Shown here piece by piece: positions 39,751-51,241 of a stretch of 64,000 nt of DNA (positions within the stretch are counted from its first letter, which is position 1; each line of letters starts with the position of its first letter). The notes under the pieces were generated by a model that was not told the DNA's origin, did not search any database, and saw only the letters and a list, made by a program, of their open reading frames with translations. The DNA comes from Felis catus (lineage: Eukaryota), in NCBI RefSeq assembly GCF_018350175.1, contig NC_058368.1:93994001-94058000 (forward strand). Reading direction: 5' to 3'. Both the position numbers and the translations under genes were made by a program.

Positions 39751-39959
39751 GTAAGGAAGGAAGGAAAAAGGAATGGGAGGGAGAGACATTTTATAATCAC
39801 TTCAGTTTTTACAAAAAAAAAAAAAATTAAGTTTGTTATAAGTACTCATTTCACTTGTTCCTCTTATTTTAATGGTATACCTGACTCCCTTTCCGTTACT
39901 CTTAACTTCTCTCATTTTCTTTAAAAAATTAAATTTACTTAGAAAAATAACAAAGTGAT

Positions 39960-40178
39960 GGGGCGCCTGGGTGGCTTAGTTAAGCATCAACTTTGGCTCA
40001 GGTCATGATCTCACGGTCTGTGAGTTCGAGCCCCGCGTGTCAGGCTCTGTGCCGACAGCTCAGAGCCTGGAGCCTGTTTCGGATTCTGTGTCTCCCTCTC
40101 TCTTTGACCCTCCCTCGTTCATGCTCTGTCTCTGTCTCAAAAAAATAAATAAACGTTAAAAGTTTAAAAAAAAAAAAA
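39960..40178 (+). mobile_element. CAN-SINE
   Basis: gcctgtttcggattc...cgttcatgctctg...aaacgtt variant; TSD aacaaagtga. Confidence 0.92.
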
Positions 40179-40184
40179 AGAAAA

Positions 40185-41125
40185 AGAACAAAGTGAAAAA
40201 ACAACCTACAGAATAGGAGAAAATATTTGCAAATCAAATATCTGATAAAAGACTTGCGTTCATAATACATAAATTACTCTTACAACTCAGTAATAAAAAG
40301 ATAACCCAATTTTAAAACGTGCAAACAAAAAGACACCTGTCCAAAGAAGATAAACAAATGGCCAATAAGCACATGAAAAGCACACAATGGTGAACATCAT
40401 CACGTGAAATCAAAATCAAAACCACAATGAGATACCACTTCACACCCACTGAGATGGCTATTCCCCCCTCCAAAAGAAAAAATAGTAGTAACAAACGTTG
40501 GAGAGGGTGTGGACAACTGGAACTCTCCTAGGCTGTTGACAGGAATGTAAAACGGTACAGCCACTTGGACAATAGTTTAGCTGTTCCTTAAAAGGTTAAC
40601 AGAGTTGCCATGTGATCCAGCAATTCCACTCCTCCACATATGCCTAAGAGAAATGAAAGCATACATCCACACAAAAACTTGTACATGAATATTCTTATCA
40701 GCATTCTTATCCTAATAGCTAAAAAGCAGAACCAGTTCAAATGCCCATTAACTGATAAATGGAGAAATGTGGTCTATCTACACAAGGGATTATCCAGCAA
40801 TAAAAAGAACATGCTACAAAATGGACAAGCCTTGAAAACAATATGCTAAGGGAAAGAAGCAAATCATAAAAGACCACATATTAGGACTCCATTTATATGA
40901 AATGTCCGTAGCAGGCCTATGTCCCTAGAGGACAGAAGGATTAGTGACTGCCTAAGGTTTCTGTACTTGGGGTGGGAGAGAAGAGGGGATGCAGTGAGTA
41001 TGACTGGATATGGGTTTTGGCGGGTGGGGGATGAAAAGGTAGTTGTGGTGATGACCACACAACTCTGTGAATACACACTGATTCACACACTTAAATGGGC
41101 GAACAGTATGTCTCAAAGCTGTCTT
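40185..41125 (+). mobile_element. Old L1 ORF2 3' end/3'UTR (L1MB-like)
   Basis: gagaaaatatttgcaaatca...atggccaataagcacatgaaaag...gatccagcaattccactcc...acaactctgtgaatac. Confidence 0.85.
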
Positions 41126-44100
41126 AAGATCAAAGTACTTACGTTTTTGGTAAAAACTTTTGACTTTTAGAAACAGCAATTAAAGGGTCTCTAACTGTAA
41201 AAGACTTACTGGAAATGCACAAGAACAATTCTCACCACTGCTCTTTAGCCTACTGTGCCTGCCATCCACTCTTCTTCAGTTCTGTGGCTGGGACCGTGAG
41301 AGGCTCACTTGCAAAGGAGGGGAGGGGGGCCTGCGATTCAGCTGCAGAACAAGGCTGATTCCAAGTATTTTATTCCTGGAATAACTAAATGGTATGTGTT
41401 AAGGGCAGAGGTAAGAAGGAGTAGAGAGAAACACTTCAGGGTATCTAAGGGGCACTAGAAAGTTCCTCTGCTCAGGATGTTTCCCTTCCCCATGTTTATG
41501 CTAACACCAGAGATACCTGAGAACAGGAGTTTGAAGGAAAAAAAAAAAAAGGAATCAAAACAGAATCAAGGACAAACTGTGCCAAGGTTACCATGTGCCC
41601 TCCCTTCATTAATCCTGTGTATAAGGCGCTGAGTTCGAAGCATATAGAAATTTAACGACACAGGTCCTTGAGCTTCCAACAAAGTTCAATGCTAAAAACA
41701 TCTGCATCCAGAAGTAAGATGAATTCTTATGACTGAAAGGCAATCAGAAGTGCCTAGGAGACGGGTCTTGACAACAGGTGCAATTTCAAGGCTAAGACGA
41801 CCTGAGTTTAGGAATCCAGACTAAAAGCAATCAACAGTAGTGTAATGTGATGAAAATTACACAATGTCAGTTGATGAAAACATCAACATTACAATTGAGA
41901 CTCATTCAAACTCCCTTTCCTGGCCATTCTTCCTAACGGTGGGGGACAAAAGGAAGAGACATGTCTTCCTCAGATTTGCACCCACATGGCTTCTTTACCT
42001 GGGCCGGTCCCCACCTCTATCTTCCATCACATACCTTCCTAATGTCTCAGGAGCATACGTCTCTAGAATGCCAGAGGCTTCCTGAATTTTGTTTTAAACA
42101 CTTTTTAATCTAGGAAAATCTGATACAGACAGACTTGGTGACAGTCCCACTTGTACCCAAAGGTCAAGAAGTAAAACTTAACCTCAGCCTTAAGCCCAAG
42201 TTGCTGCCAATAGCCCTAAAAGAGCAGTAGTGTTCAGGATCTACTTATTTTCTCCAACTTCGGTTCACTTGTAAGGATTCACAGTTCAAAATCCAATCTC
42301 CAGGCGCAGAGGAACACGATGGCTATCTCCCCACTGGGCTCCATCTACACATTTTTCTGCAGCTTCGCTTCTCCAAGGAGGATATCAAGTCTCCCTGGGG
42401 ATACAGAGACGTACGCTCAGGGACACAAGAGGGCAAGAATGAACGTGGAACCACTCAAGGGAGCAACTTGATGCTCTGGGATTCGAATGTGAATGAATTC
42501 AACTAGTAAGTTGTTGTTTTTCATTATTATGAAATCAGAATTAACACAGAAACGCCAGAAAACAGAATGAAATTTGATGTCCCTCTCTTCACCTCTTCTC
42601 TGGAAGTAGGTGTGTTGAGGTGAACCAATAGCTGAGAAGAATATTCAAAGTCAAGAAAGAAAACAGAACTACTTCCAACAGTCTCAGAGAGTCCTGAAGT
42701 ACAGGGAAATAAACTACCTAGGTGACAAGGGGTATCCTCTTGGTCCTTTACCTTAGTATCAACAGCTCTTAATTTACGGGGCAGATTTTCTTATCTAAAA
42801 TAATTTTGCAGCTACAGTGGGTGAAAAAAAAAAAAAAAACAAGAAAAAAAACAGTAAGATTTCTTTTTTTCAGATTTTCTTGACTGAAATACACCTAGAC
42901 CCCAAAATGCCTATCCTATGGGACAGAACTAATATAATATGCCTAGGGTTTGCTTTAAACTACTGCAGAAAACAAAGGAGAGGAGAAAGAAATCCCCTGG
43001 AGTCCCACCTGTACTGCTCTTTTTTCACAATTACGGTCTTCATTTCTTCTTTCATGTCTCCATGTGTGTATTTATTTCCATAGTGAAAGAAAAACACAAC
43101 AGTCCCTGACAACAAGGAGCGTACAATCCTTTTTCTCTTACATCCAGCACAGTCATTCAACAAACTCATTTACCAAATACCCACTACAGGCCAGGCTCTC
43201 TTTCTAACACATGGATACAAACACCAGCCGCAAACTTTCACTGCCTTACCTCTACATAAAGAATAAAATCAAACTCCTTTATCTAGACTTCAATCTAGCC
43301 CTGAGCGCCCTTTGGTCCAAATATGCCTTTTCCAATTCTTGGACCCTCCAAGCAGATCTCTCAATGTGCCCTTCCTCACACCATAAAACTGTACCAAATG
43401 CATTCTAGAGATATGAACCCCAACAATCCTTTCAAGGCCCAGTTCGGCGTCTCCATGAAGATCCCATTCTTCTAAAATCCACCAGCGTGGACTTACACTA
43501 ACCCGTTAGCAGTTGGCAAATGTGACATCCTGTGTCTTCTCAGAGCCTCCCACAATGTCCAGCACAATGCCTTGCCTACAGAAAACTCAGTGGTTATCTT
43601 ATTACCAATTAACCTACTTACCTTGGGTATTTAAAAAGATTAAGCCATGCATGAGGATAGCATGAGGATCCTGCTAGGACCAGTGTCCCCAGTCCCGACT
43701 CAGAGAAGCTCTTCTGCTCTGAGGCATTCCAATCACTTTCAGCTGCTCAATTCCCCAATCAAATCAGGGTGTAAAAGCAGAACTGAAGGGCGCACCTAAC
43801 TGTACTACAGACCCTATTCTGAACAACGAGAACATAAAAAAAAAAAAAAAAAGGAAAAACAAAGCAAGCCAAAGATGACCATAACCGTGAAGGGCTGAAA
43901 TGTGATCACTCTGACACGGGCTTGTTCAATCACTTCTGATTTGTGGTCTACAGCTCTACATGGCAACCCGCTCTCCTGTTTCAAACATCAAATGCTGTGT
44001 TAAAATGGAGAAGTATTTCTAAATATTTCAAAGTTTTTCTCCTTTCTGAATGCCAGGGGAAAAGAAAGAACCCACTGTCTCCAGAGGTAAGTGGTTGGTT

Positions 44101-44566
44101 GCCAATAGAATATTACCATGTATCGAATAGAAGACAGCGTGACTGCAAAAAAACAATGGAATACAATGGAACGTAGAGGTCATGTGCTTTTTGTATTTAG
44201 GCAGACCAAGCATAATCTGCCAGTGTCTTCTTTCTTCAGAACCATTTCCAACAGTGAACACACACAATTTCCTAAGAAATTATTCTATTTTATCCCTAGT
44301 CTCACCAGTCTTTTCCACTTTTTGGACAGGAGGAAAAATGGGGGGAGGGGGGCAGAATTCTTTCTTGATGTTCTATCGCATAGATCCTTCTCCAATGTTC
44401 CCCTTAGATTCAACTGGTTCCTGCTTTTTTATTATGCATTAACCCATAAAACAATCTAGAGTCAGTAAGAGAGTGATTATCAAGGAATGGAAGCTTCAGG
44501 ATCAGAGTGGGGGAGGGTACATATATACTTTAATCAGCCCCCAATTTTCATTAAGAATCGCTGTCA

Positions 44567-44768
44567 AGGGGTGCGTGGGTGGCTCAGCAGATTAAGCATC
44601 TGACTTGGTTTCGGCTCAGTTTCATGAGTTGAGGCCGCGCATCGGGCTCCATGTGACAGTGTAGAGTCTGCTTGAGATTCTCTCTCTCCCTCTGACCCTC
44701 CCCCACTTACGCCATTTCACGCTCTCTCTCTCTCTCTCTCAAAATAAATAAGTAAACTTAAAAAAAAA
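44567..44768 (+). mobile_element. CAN-SINE
   Basis: TSD aatc(g/a)ctgt. Confidence 0.88.
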
Positions 44769-44829
44769 TCACTGTTGAAATTAAAAGACACCATGACAGG
44801 TAAAAGCAATGCACACAAAGTGATACATG

Positions 44830-44980
44830 TTATATATATTTTTAAAATACTATATTTGTATGTATATGTGTGTATATATATATATACATATATGTATATA
44901 TGTATATACGTATATATGTATATGTACACATATGTGTGTATACATACATGTATACACACATATGTACATATATATGTATA
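44830..44980. repeat. Compound (TA)/(TG)/(CA) purine-pyrimidine microsatellite
   Basis: Direct reading. Confidence 0.9.
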
Positions 44981-45481
44981 AAGGAGGCTATCTGAAAATA
45001 ATTTTTGGTACAAAATTATTTTCTCATGGTAAGTGTAATTTTTTGTAAAAGCCACAAGTGGTAGATACTGATACAGCAGGAAAAAACAACTCTAGAATTA
45101 GATCATTTGACCAAAAGAGGCAGCATACATGTCCTCACATGCAAAGCTATGTGATGATGGTGATAAAAGGAACCTTCTTCCGAAAGAGCAAAGGTAATCG
45201 AGGGAGATACCACTCACAGTTTACTAGGGGAAAATGCTCACACAAATGTGATCTGCTTAGGGCACAGGTGTCTCACACATTCTGTCTCCAGAAGTAGACA
45301 AAGAACCTCTGAAAACCATAAGAGAAACAGTACCAGGACTCATCTCTCCAATGACCTAAGGGTTTAAAACAATTTTACTTAAATATGTAAGTTTAACAAA
45401 CTGTGTATTATTAGGCTAATGAATAAAAAACCCAAACGAAAGAAACAACAAATCCAACAAGCCTAAACAAGCAGCCATACC

Positions 45482-45669
45482 TTTTGTTTTTTGTTTTTGA
45501 TGTTTATTTATTTTATTTATTGGGGGGGGGGGAGGGGCTGGGCAGAGAGAGGGAGACACAAAATCAGAAGTACGCTCCAGGCTCTGAGCTGTGGGGCTCG
45601 AACTCACAGTGAGACCATGGCCTGAACAGAAGTCGGGTGGCCCAACCAACTGAGCCACCCAGGCGCCCC
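45482..45669 (-). mobile_element. CAN-SINE
   Basis: TSD caagcagccatacctttt at 45468-45485 and 45669-45686. Confidence 0.9.
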
Positions 45670-46229
45670 AAGCAGCCATACCTTTTAACCCTCTCTCAGC
45701 TACTTACGATTTCAAAGCATTTCCCATGGTAACCTGGTCACGTAAGCAGTAACTGTCCTCTTAAAACAGCCTTTCTTTAAAAGAATGAGTGTTGAAAACA
45801 AACAAAAATGTCATGCTGTCATTTGAGCCAACAACCCACCTCAAAGGCAAGCAAGAACAAATGAAAAAATGTGTAAGAAAGAATGTCTACAGGAACATTT
45901 TTTATCCTACTGAAAAGACAGAAGCAAGATAACCCTCCATTAGGAGAGTATGCAGCTACTGAAATTAAAAGGTTGTAATTAGTGACATTACAGATATTAT
46001 TTATTAAGCTAAAAAAAGGGTTACAGAACAAGAGCATATATAATAAAATTACATACATGTATCTCTATGATAAATTCAGAAATATTTTTCGAAAGGATTG
46101 TCTATAAGTGGAATTTTGTGAGATTTTTATATTTTCTCTGACAAAAAAAAATTTACAGAAAATCAGTGAGCCTGCCTTTTTTAAAAAGATCATACTAATT
46201 TCAGTGAATTATGTCCAATAACTATGTAG

Positions 46230-46800
46230 TGTCCCTTAATTGTGTGGTGTAGGCTCTCCAAAAGGCAATCAGAGGCTCCCACAATGATAAATGCACCCTT
46301 TGATTCAGCAATTCCATTTATAAGTATTTATAATACAGCTATTCTCACACAGTGTGCAAAGCCACACTTTTGTTTAAGAATATTCACAGAAGCTCTGCTT
46401 ATATTGGATGTGACCTAACTGTCCATCAACAGGGCCTAGATAAATTATGTATATTGATACAATGAAATACTGTGTAGCCATGAAACAGAATGAGGCAGTT
46501 CTGTGTGTTGGAGCTGAATGACGTCCAAGATAATTTAAGGTTTAAAAACAACAACAACAACAACAACAAAATAATATGCATCAACTAACAGAAGGGAAAG
46601 AGGGAGGAAGAGACACAGACAAGTATACTGTCATCGCACAGACTATCTCTAGAACACACAAAAACAGGGAGAGTGCTTACAAACAGAGGCTGCAGGGGGC
46701 TGGAGGTCTAGAAATCAGACTTCTTTCTCATTGTAAACACTGGAAATCAATTTGAATTGTTTGAATTTTTCGTTCCATGTGTGTAGTCTCCTTTTAAGTT
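46230..46800 (+). mobile_element. Ancient L1 3' fragment (L1ME-like)
   Basis: ccctttgattcagcaattcca...tgtccatcaacaggg...gataaattatg...aatgaaatactgtgtagcc. Confidence 0.65.
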
Positions 46801-47737
46801 TTAATAGTTTTTTTTTTTTTTTAAATTGGGCTGTGAATCACTTTGCTATTGTATAAACAAACATGCTGAAGGGGAAAAAAAAAAAGGTTCCAAGCATCAA
46901 AATACGCTATCAAAACAGCTGTCTTGGAGAGTTTAGGGAAAAAAAAGTTTCGCAACTATCATTTGCTGCTTTAGGTTTATTACATCCCTGAAAATTACAC
47001 ACAGTTGTGAACCTGAGCCCTTCTTTTCCACAAAGGTGTTGACACTGTTGCTAGCCAACAAATCCACGCCTTGTTTTGTGCTCAGTTTTGTAGCATATTT
47101 TAAAATCTGTTTTCTCTCTCGCTATATTTAATACATGATCGACGTGAAAGGGTTTTCTATTGGCCAACAATAAATTAAGAGAAGAAGGGGACAGATTTTC
47201 TTTTTCCACTGACATTAATCCTTCCAGGTCAGTGTGGCCTGGCCTTCCCTGACAAAATAACAAATGAAATGCCTACCCAAGACACAAGACAATGAGTCAC
47301 TAAATATAGTAGTTTCTACTACACCGGCGTTCTTTAAAAAACAAAAACAGAAAACAAAAAACAAAACAATCTAGGCTAAAAAAGAATACGTTACCTTGAA
47401 GTATATTCTCAAGTAGACTGAACACAAGCCTAAAGGCTCAGGTCAACTGTCACTAACATCCCCTGTAAGTCTGGGGAACCCGGGAATTGGAGAGTACTCC
47501 AAACAAGAGATGGAAAATGCTACTTAACACAGCGACAGAGGGCTTGTTATCACACTCATTCAGCGTATTCTCAAACATCAGAGAAACAACCAACAAGGTT
47601 ATGCTGGAAGGGACACCTAGCCGGAACAGGTCTGTCAATGTGGGCTGACTCAACGCCCACTGTTTACAGTGATGCATCCAGCTTCCTGAAAACGATGGTA
47701 AACACTTAAAACACAGAAACGAAGAGGCTGCACTCAC

Positions 47738-48281
47738 CTTTGACACTTTTTCTATTAACGTCTGCCCCCTTTTCGAGTAAATACTGCGCAATCTCTTTGT
47801 GTCCTTTGTAACAGGAAATCATCAGGCACGTATGCCCGTGGCGGTTTGATACTTCCAAATCGGCTTTGTGTTCCACAAGGTACTTTACTATTTCCAAATG
47901 GCCATCGAAACAGGCGGCTCGGAGAGGGGTTGAATTGGTCAAAGTGGTGTTGTTGACGGACGCTCCATGATTTAACAAAGACTGAACCACCTTCAGATGT
48001 CCCGCGGCAGAGGCGGCCCACAACGGCGGGGCCCCCTCGATGGTTTCGCCATCAAAATTGACGGAGCCCCCGACCTCTATGCAGGCACTGCACTGCTCTA
48101 GGAGGAATTCCACCATGTCAAGGTGCCCGTACCTGGCGGCCATCAGGAGTGGCGTGGCCCCATTCGTTTTTTCGGAGATCAAGGAGGAAACCTCCTCTTT
48201 GGATTTGCTTGCCAACAACTTGGTGAGAAGCCGGAGTTTGCCATCCCGAGCTGCGTTAAACACTGCGGTCTTTAGATCCAT
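47738..48281 (-). CDS. FEM1C: FEM1C coding part of exon 2 (residues 1-181 plus the first nt of Gly182; N-terminal ankyrin repeats)
   Basis: Translates as MDLKTAVFNAARDGKLRLL...TPLLMAARYGHLDMVEFLL...GADVNRKSVK, recognisably FEM1C. Donor AAG|GTGAGT with GT at 47737-47736; 544 nt, phase 1. Confidence 0.98.
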
Positions 48282-48477
48282 TTATGTCCGGTGGAGCTGG
48301 CTGCGCTTTTTTTTTTTTTATCCTTCAAAGCAAAGCCCCAGCCTAACTCTACGGACACAGGCAAGAGTTACAGGAACCAAAGTTCAATGTTAATCACGGC
48401 ACTCCAAACGGATATAAAACCACGGAGAGTGTGTTCTGTCTTACTGCCTTCCAACATCTGAAAACCAGAGCACCAAA
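48282..48477 (-). other. FEM1C: FEM1C exon 2 5'UTR portion
   Basis: CCCTTCTTTTCCTAG| acceptor at 48480-48478. A second candidate acceptor TTTTCAG| lies at 48460-48458. Confidence 0.75.
48368..48457 (-). other. uORF2 in exon 2 (29 aa, MLEGSKTEHTLRGFISVWSAVINIELWFL)
   Basis: cagATGt weak context; TAA at 48370-48368, 86 nt before the main ATG. Confidence 0.5.
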
Positions 48478-49330
48478 CTAGGAAAAGAAGGGACAAAAAG
48501 GGGGGGGGGGAGGATTTGTGAGTTTTCCATAGGTAAAGGCAAAAACAGTTTAGGTTTTCTTAATTTCTACTCCTAGGGGGAGGGAGGGGGCCGGATAGTC
48601 CCATACTTAAGGGACAACTCAAGCCACCAAAACACGGTGGGAAAGACTACAAAAAGGTTACACACAGACCCAAATGTTTTGGTTTGGTGGGAGGCAGTTT
48701 CTTTTCTATATACGGTAAGCTGAAACACTACAGGCGACCGGGTTTTGTCGCCTCCAGAGCAGCCCAGCATTGTTCTAGTTTTTGCTTTGCACACGCCCAG
48801 GGAGAGTGCACCCGAAAGCGGCGAGGGACGCGGGTTCAGAAATGTTTCTCTTCCTCACATCTGCAGAGGGGAGCGAGCCAAGGGCGCGAGACTGAAGGCC
48901 TCGCTATGGCCAGAATGGGTTTCGAGAAGGAACAAAAAGGTCGGCCACGACAAACCGCGGCCAGCCAACGCCAAAGCCCTCGCCCGACAAGGTTCGCTTT
49001 CCTTTAAAACTACTCGAAGCTCTCAGGAAATCCGGCCGCCTTCTCTCTAACTTCGCCCGCCCCATTTTGATCCCCCCCCCCACCCCGCAAGGGATCGCAG
49101 GTTCCCCCAGACCCCGTGCCCCTCCGTAACCTTCACCGCCACCTTCTCCGGACCCCGGCCGCCCCTTCCCCGAGCGACCACGACCCTCGCCCGCCGGGCC
49201 ACCGAAGCTGGGGGCCTCCGGCCCGCCGCCCGCTGCCGGGGGCGCCCTCCTTCCCCTTCCCGCCCAGGCCTCCCCGCGGGCGCCTCAGGCCGCAGCCCGG
49301 GCTCCGGCAGGCCCCCGCCGCCACCGCTAC

Positions 49331-49600
49331 CTGCCCGGGGGCTGGTCCTCCCCACCGCCGCTGGCCGCTCGGGCTCGGGCCGCCCCCCTTAAATTGAAAC
49401 CGTTGTCCGCGCCGCCGCCCGGGCCGGCCTGCTCCGCCTGCAGCCGCACAGCTCCTCCATGCCCCGCGCCCCACAGGAATGAATCCGGCCGCGCCGTTCG
49501 CCCCGCCCCGCCACGCCGAGCCGCCTCCCGCCCTCCCTGGCTGCGCGGGCTACAGCAGCTGCAGCGGATGCCGCGGCGGATGGTGTAATGGGCTGCGGGC
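49331..49600 (-). other. FEM1C: FEM1C non-coding exon 1 (TSS approximate)
   Basis: Best donor in the CpG island is CAG|GTAGCG (GT at 49330-49329), just downstream of the CCAAT/GC-box cluster. The 5' end is inferred. Confidence 0.6.
49389..49460 (-). other. uORF1 in exon 1 (23 aa, MEELCGCRRSRPARAAARTTVSI)
   Basis: ggcATGg strong Kozak context; TAA at 49391-49389. Depends on the inferred exon 1. Confidence 0.5.
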
Positions 49601-49637
49601 CGGGGGCCGGACGAGCCTGAGCCAGGTTTCACATCAC

Positions 49638-49740
49638 TGACGCGGCAGCCGCGCCATTGGGCCGGGGGAGGGCGGCGGCCGCCGCGAGCAGCCGCGTAGG
49701 GGCGGGGCGGGGCGGGGCGGCGCGGAGGGGGCGGGGCCGC
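49638..49740 (-). promoter_or_regulatory. Core promoter motifs: CRE half-site TGACG (49638), CCAAT box overlapping a YY1-like ATGGCG (49651-49660), tandem Sp/KLF GC boxes (49699-49720)
   Basis: Motifs read directly from the sequence. No TATA box seen, which fits a TATA-less housekeeping promoter. Confidence 0.65.
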
Positions 49741-50499
49741 GACCCGGCGGAGGACGCACCAGCGTGAGGCACGCCGAAGTGGGCGGGGCGCCACGAGGGG
49801 GCGAGGCCAAGGTGTCCCGGTCGGTGGGGGTGGTGCGGCGAGGTCGCTGGGTCCTCCGCTCGCTAGGTCGCCGGGGGTGGAGGCGCGAGGGATCTTTGGG
49901 TCCCACGGACAGAATTTCCAGAAGGGTGGTGACTATTACTACCCTCTCACACCCATAAATACTCTTGGTGGAAATACACCGAGCTCGTAGTTAGATCTCG
50001 GAAAAACAAAATAACGCAGGAAACGCAAATTTGAGAAAAAGATTGGTTTGGGGACCTGCCAATCATAAGTTATTCTTTTTTTAAAATATGGGCTCTAAAA
50101 AATAAAAAGTTACGAAGGGGGTAAGATTTCAGAGCACTGTTAAGTCAACGAGGTCGAGCTCTTCAACTCTTGGAACACTAAAACCAGGAAATGAAGGGAA
50201 GCTAAAAAGTTGGTATGAAGAGTTCATATATCATACACCAGGAAGTAAACTTGTCAAATTTGTGACGTTAAGACCTGGGATGTATTAAACTAGGTTGAGG
50301 AAGAGTGGAAGTGTGTTTGGGGACTAGCACCCATAGTGAATCGCGATGCGGAACTCGTGTTTGAAAAACTGACCATCCGTCTCTTGAACACTTTGTTTTG
50401 GGGAACTTAAAACTCGCACCCAATTCCTCAGGTACCACTGGGGGAAAGTGAATTAGATTAGACAGATTCTCTGACCCCAGCCTCACAAATGTAATCAGT

Positions 50500-50724
50500 A
50501 TTTTATTTATTTATTTATTTTTTAATGTTTATTTATTTTGAAAGACAGACAAGAGTGCAAGCAGGGGATGAGCAGAGAGAGGGAGACACAGAATCGGAAG
50601 CAGGCTCCAGGCTCGGAGCTGCCAGCACAGAGCCAAACCCACGTGGGGTTCGAACCCATGGACCATGAGATCATGACCTGAGCTGAAGTCAGATGCTTAA
50701 CTGACTGAGCCACCTGGGTGCCCC
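50500..50724 (-). mobile_element. CAN-SINE
   Basis: Reverse SINE; TSD tgtaatc..tatttt. Confidence 0.92.
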
Positions 50725-51241
50725 TGTAATCGTTATTTTAAAAGACAGTCATTTCACACACACACACCCCTCCCACACACACACACATCACAACTTCATT
50801 TTTGCTTGTTTACTTACAGCGTTGTCCAGAAGTTTATGTGGGTTTGTATAATTGAAATCATAATTTTCATACAACTACGTATTTTGCTTTTTTCCTTTAC
50901 CATACTCTAAAGATCTCTCATGTTTTTCCAGTCTTACTCATTATTTTTAAGTGGGGCATATTTCCCTTAGTCAGTATACAGGCTCCACATCTGTACCCCA
51001 AAACTGACATTAAGGTTGCCACCACTGTGAAGAAAATATGGAAGAAGAGAATATAAAGGATCAGAGCAGCCATCTACAATAATCAACCAACCAAGAGGAC
51101 TAGCTGTTTTGTTCTTACCATACAGGTTACAGTTCTAGACCCCCCAGGGGGTGTAGATGGTACAGAGTCCCAACAAAAGCCTAGTCTGAGCGGACTTGTC
51201 TCTCATACCAATTTCAATAAGACTATGTAAAAATGTTTATC

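Larger units (their letters stand above)
48740..49960. promoter_or_regulatory. FEM1C: CpG island / FEM1C promoter
   Basis: Very high GC content and dense CpG compared with the CpG-depleted flanks; lies at the 5' end of the gene. Confidence 0.92.

Noticed and set aside
49128..49146. Alternative exon 1 donors (AAG|GTGGCG, GCG|GTGAAG, AAG|GTTACG)
   Set aside because: They look weaker than CAG|GTAGCG at 49330. They cannot be excluded without transcripts but are not called.
48684..49958. Arg/Pro/Gly-rich ORFs on both strands
   Set aside because: These are expected from stop-codon scarcity in a CpG island.
51141..51154. CTCF-like cccccagggggtgt
   Set aside because: It mismatches key consensus positions and cannot be supported by eye.
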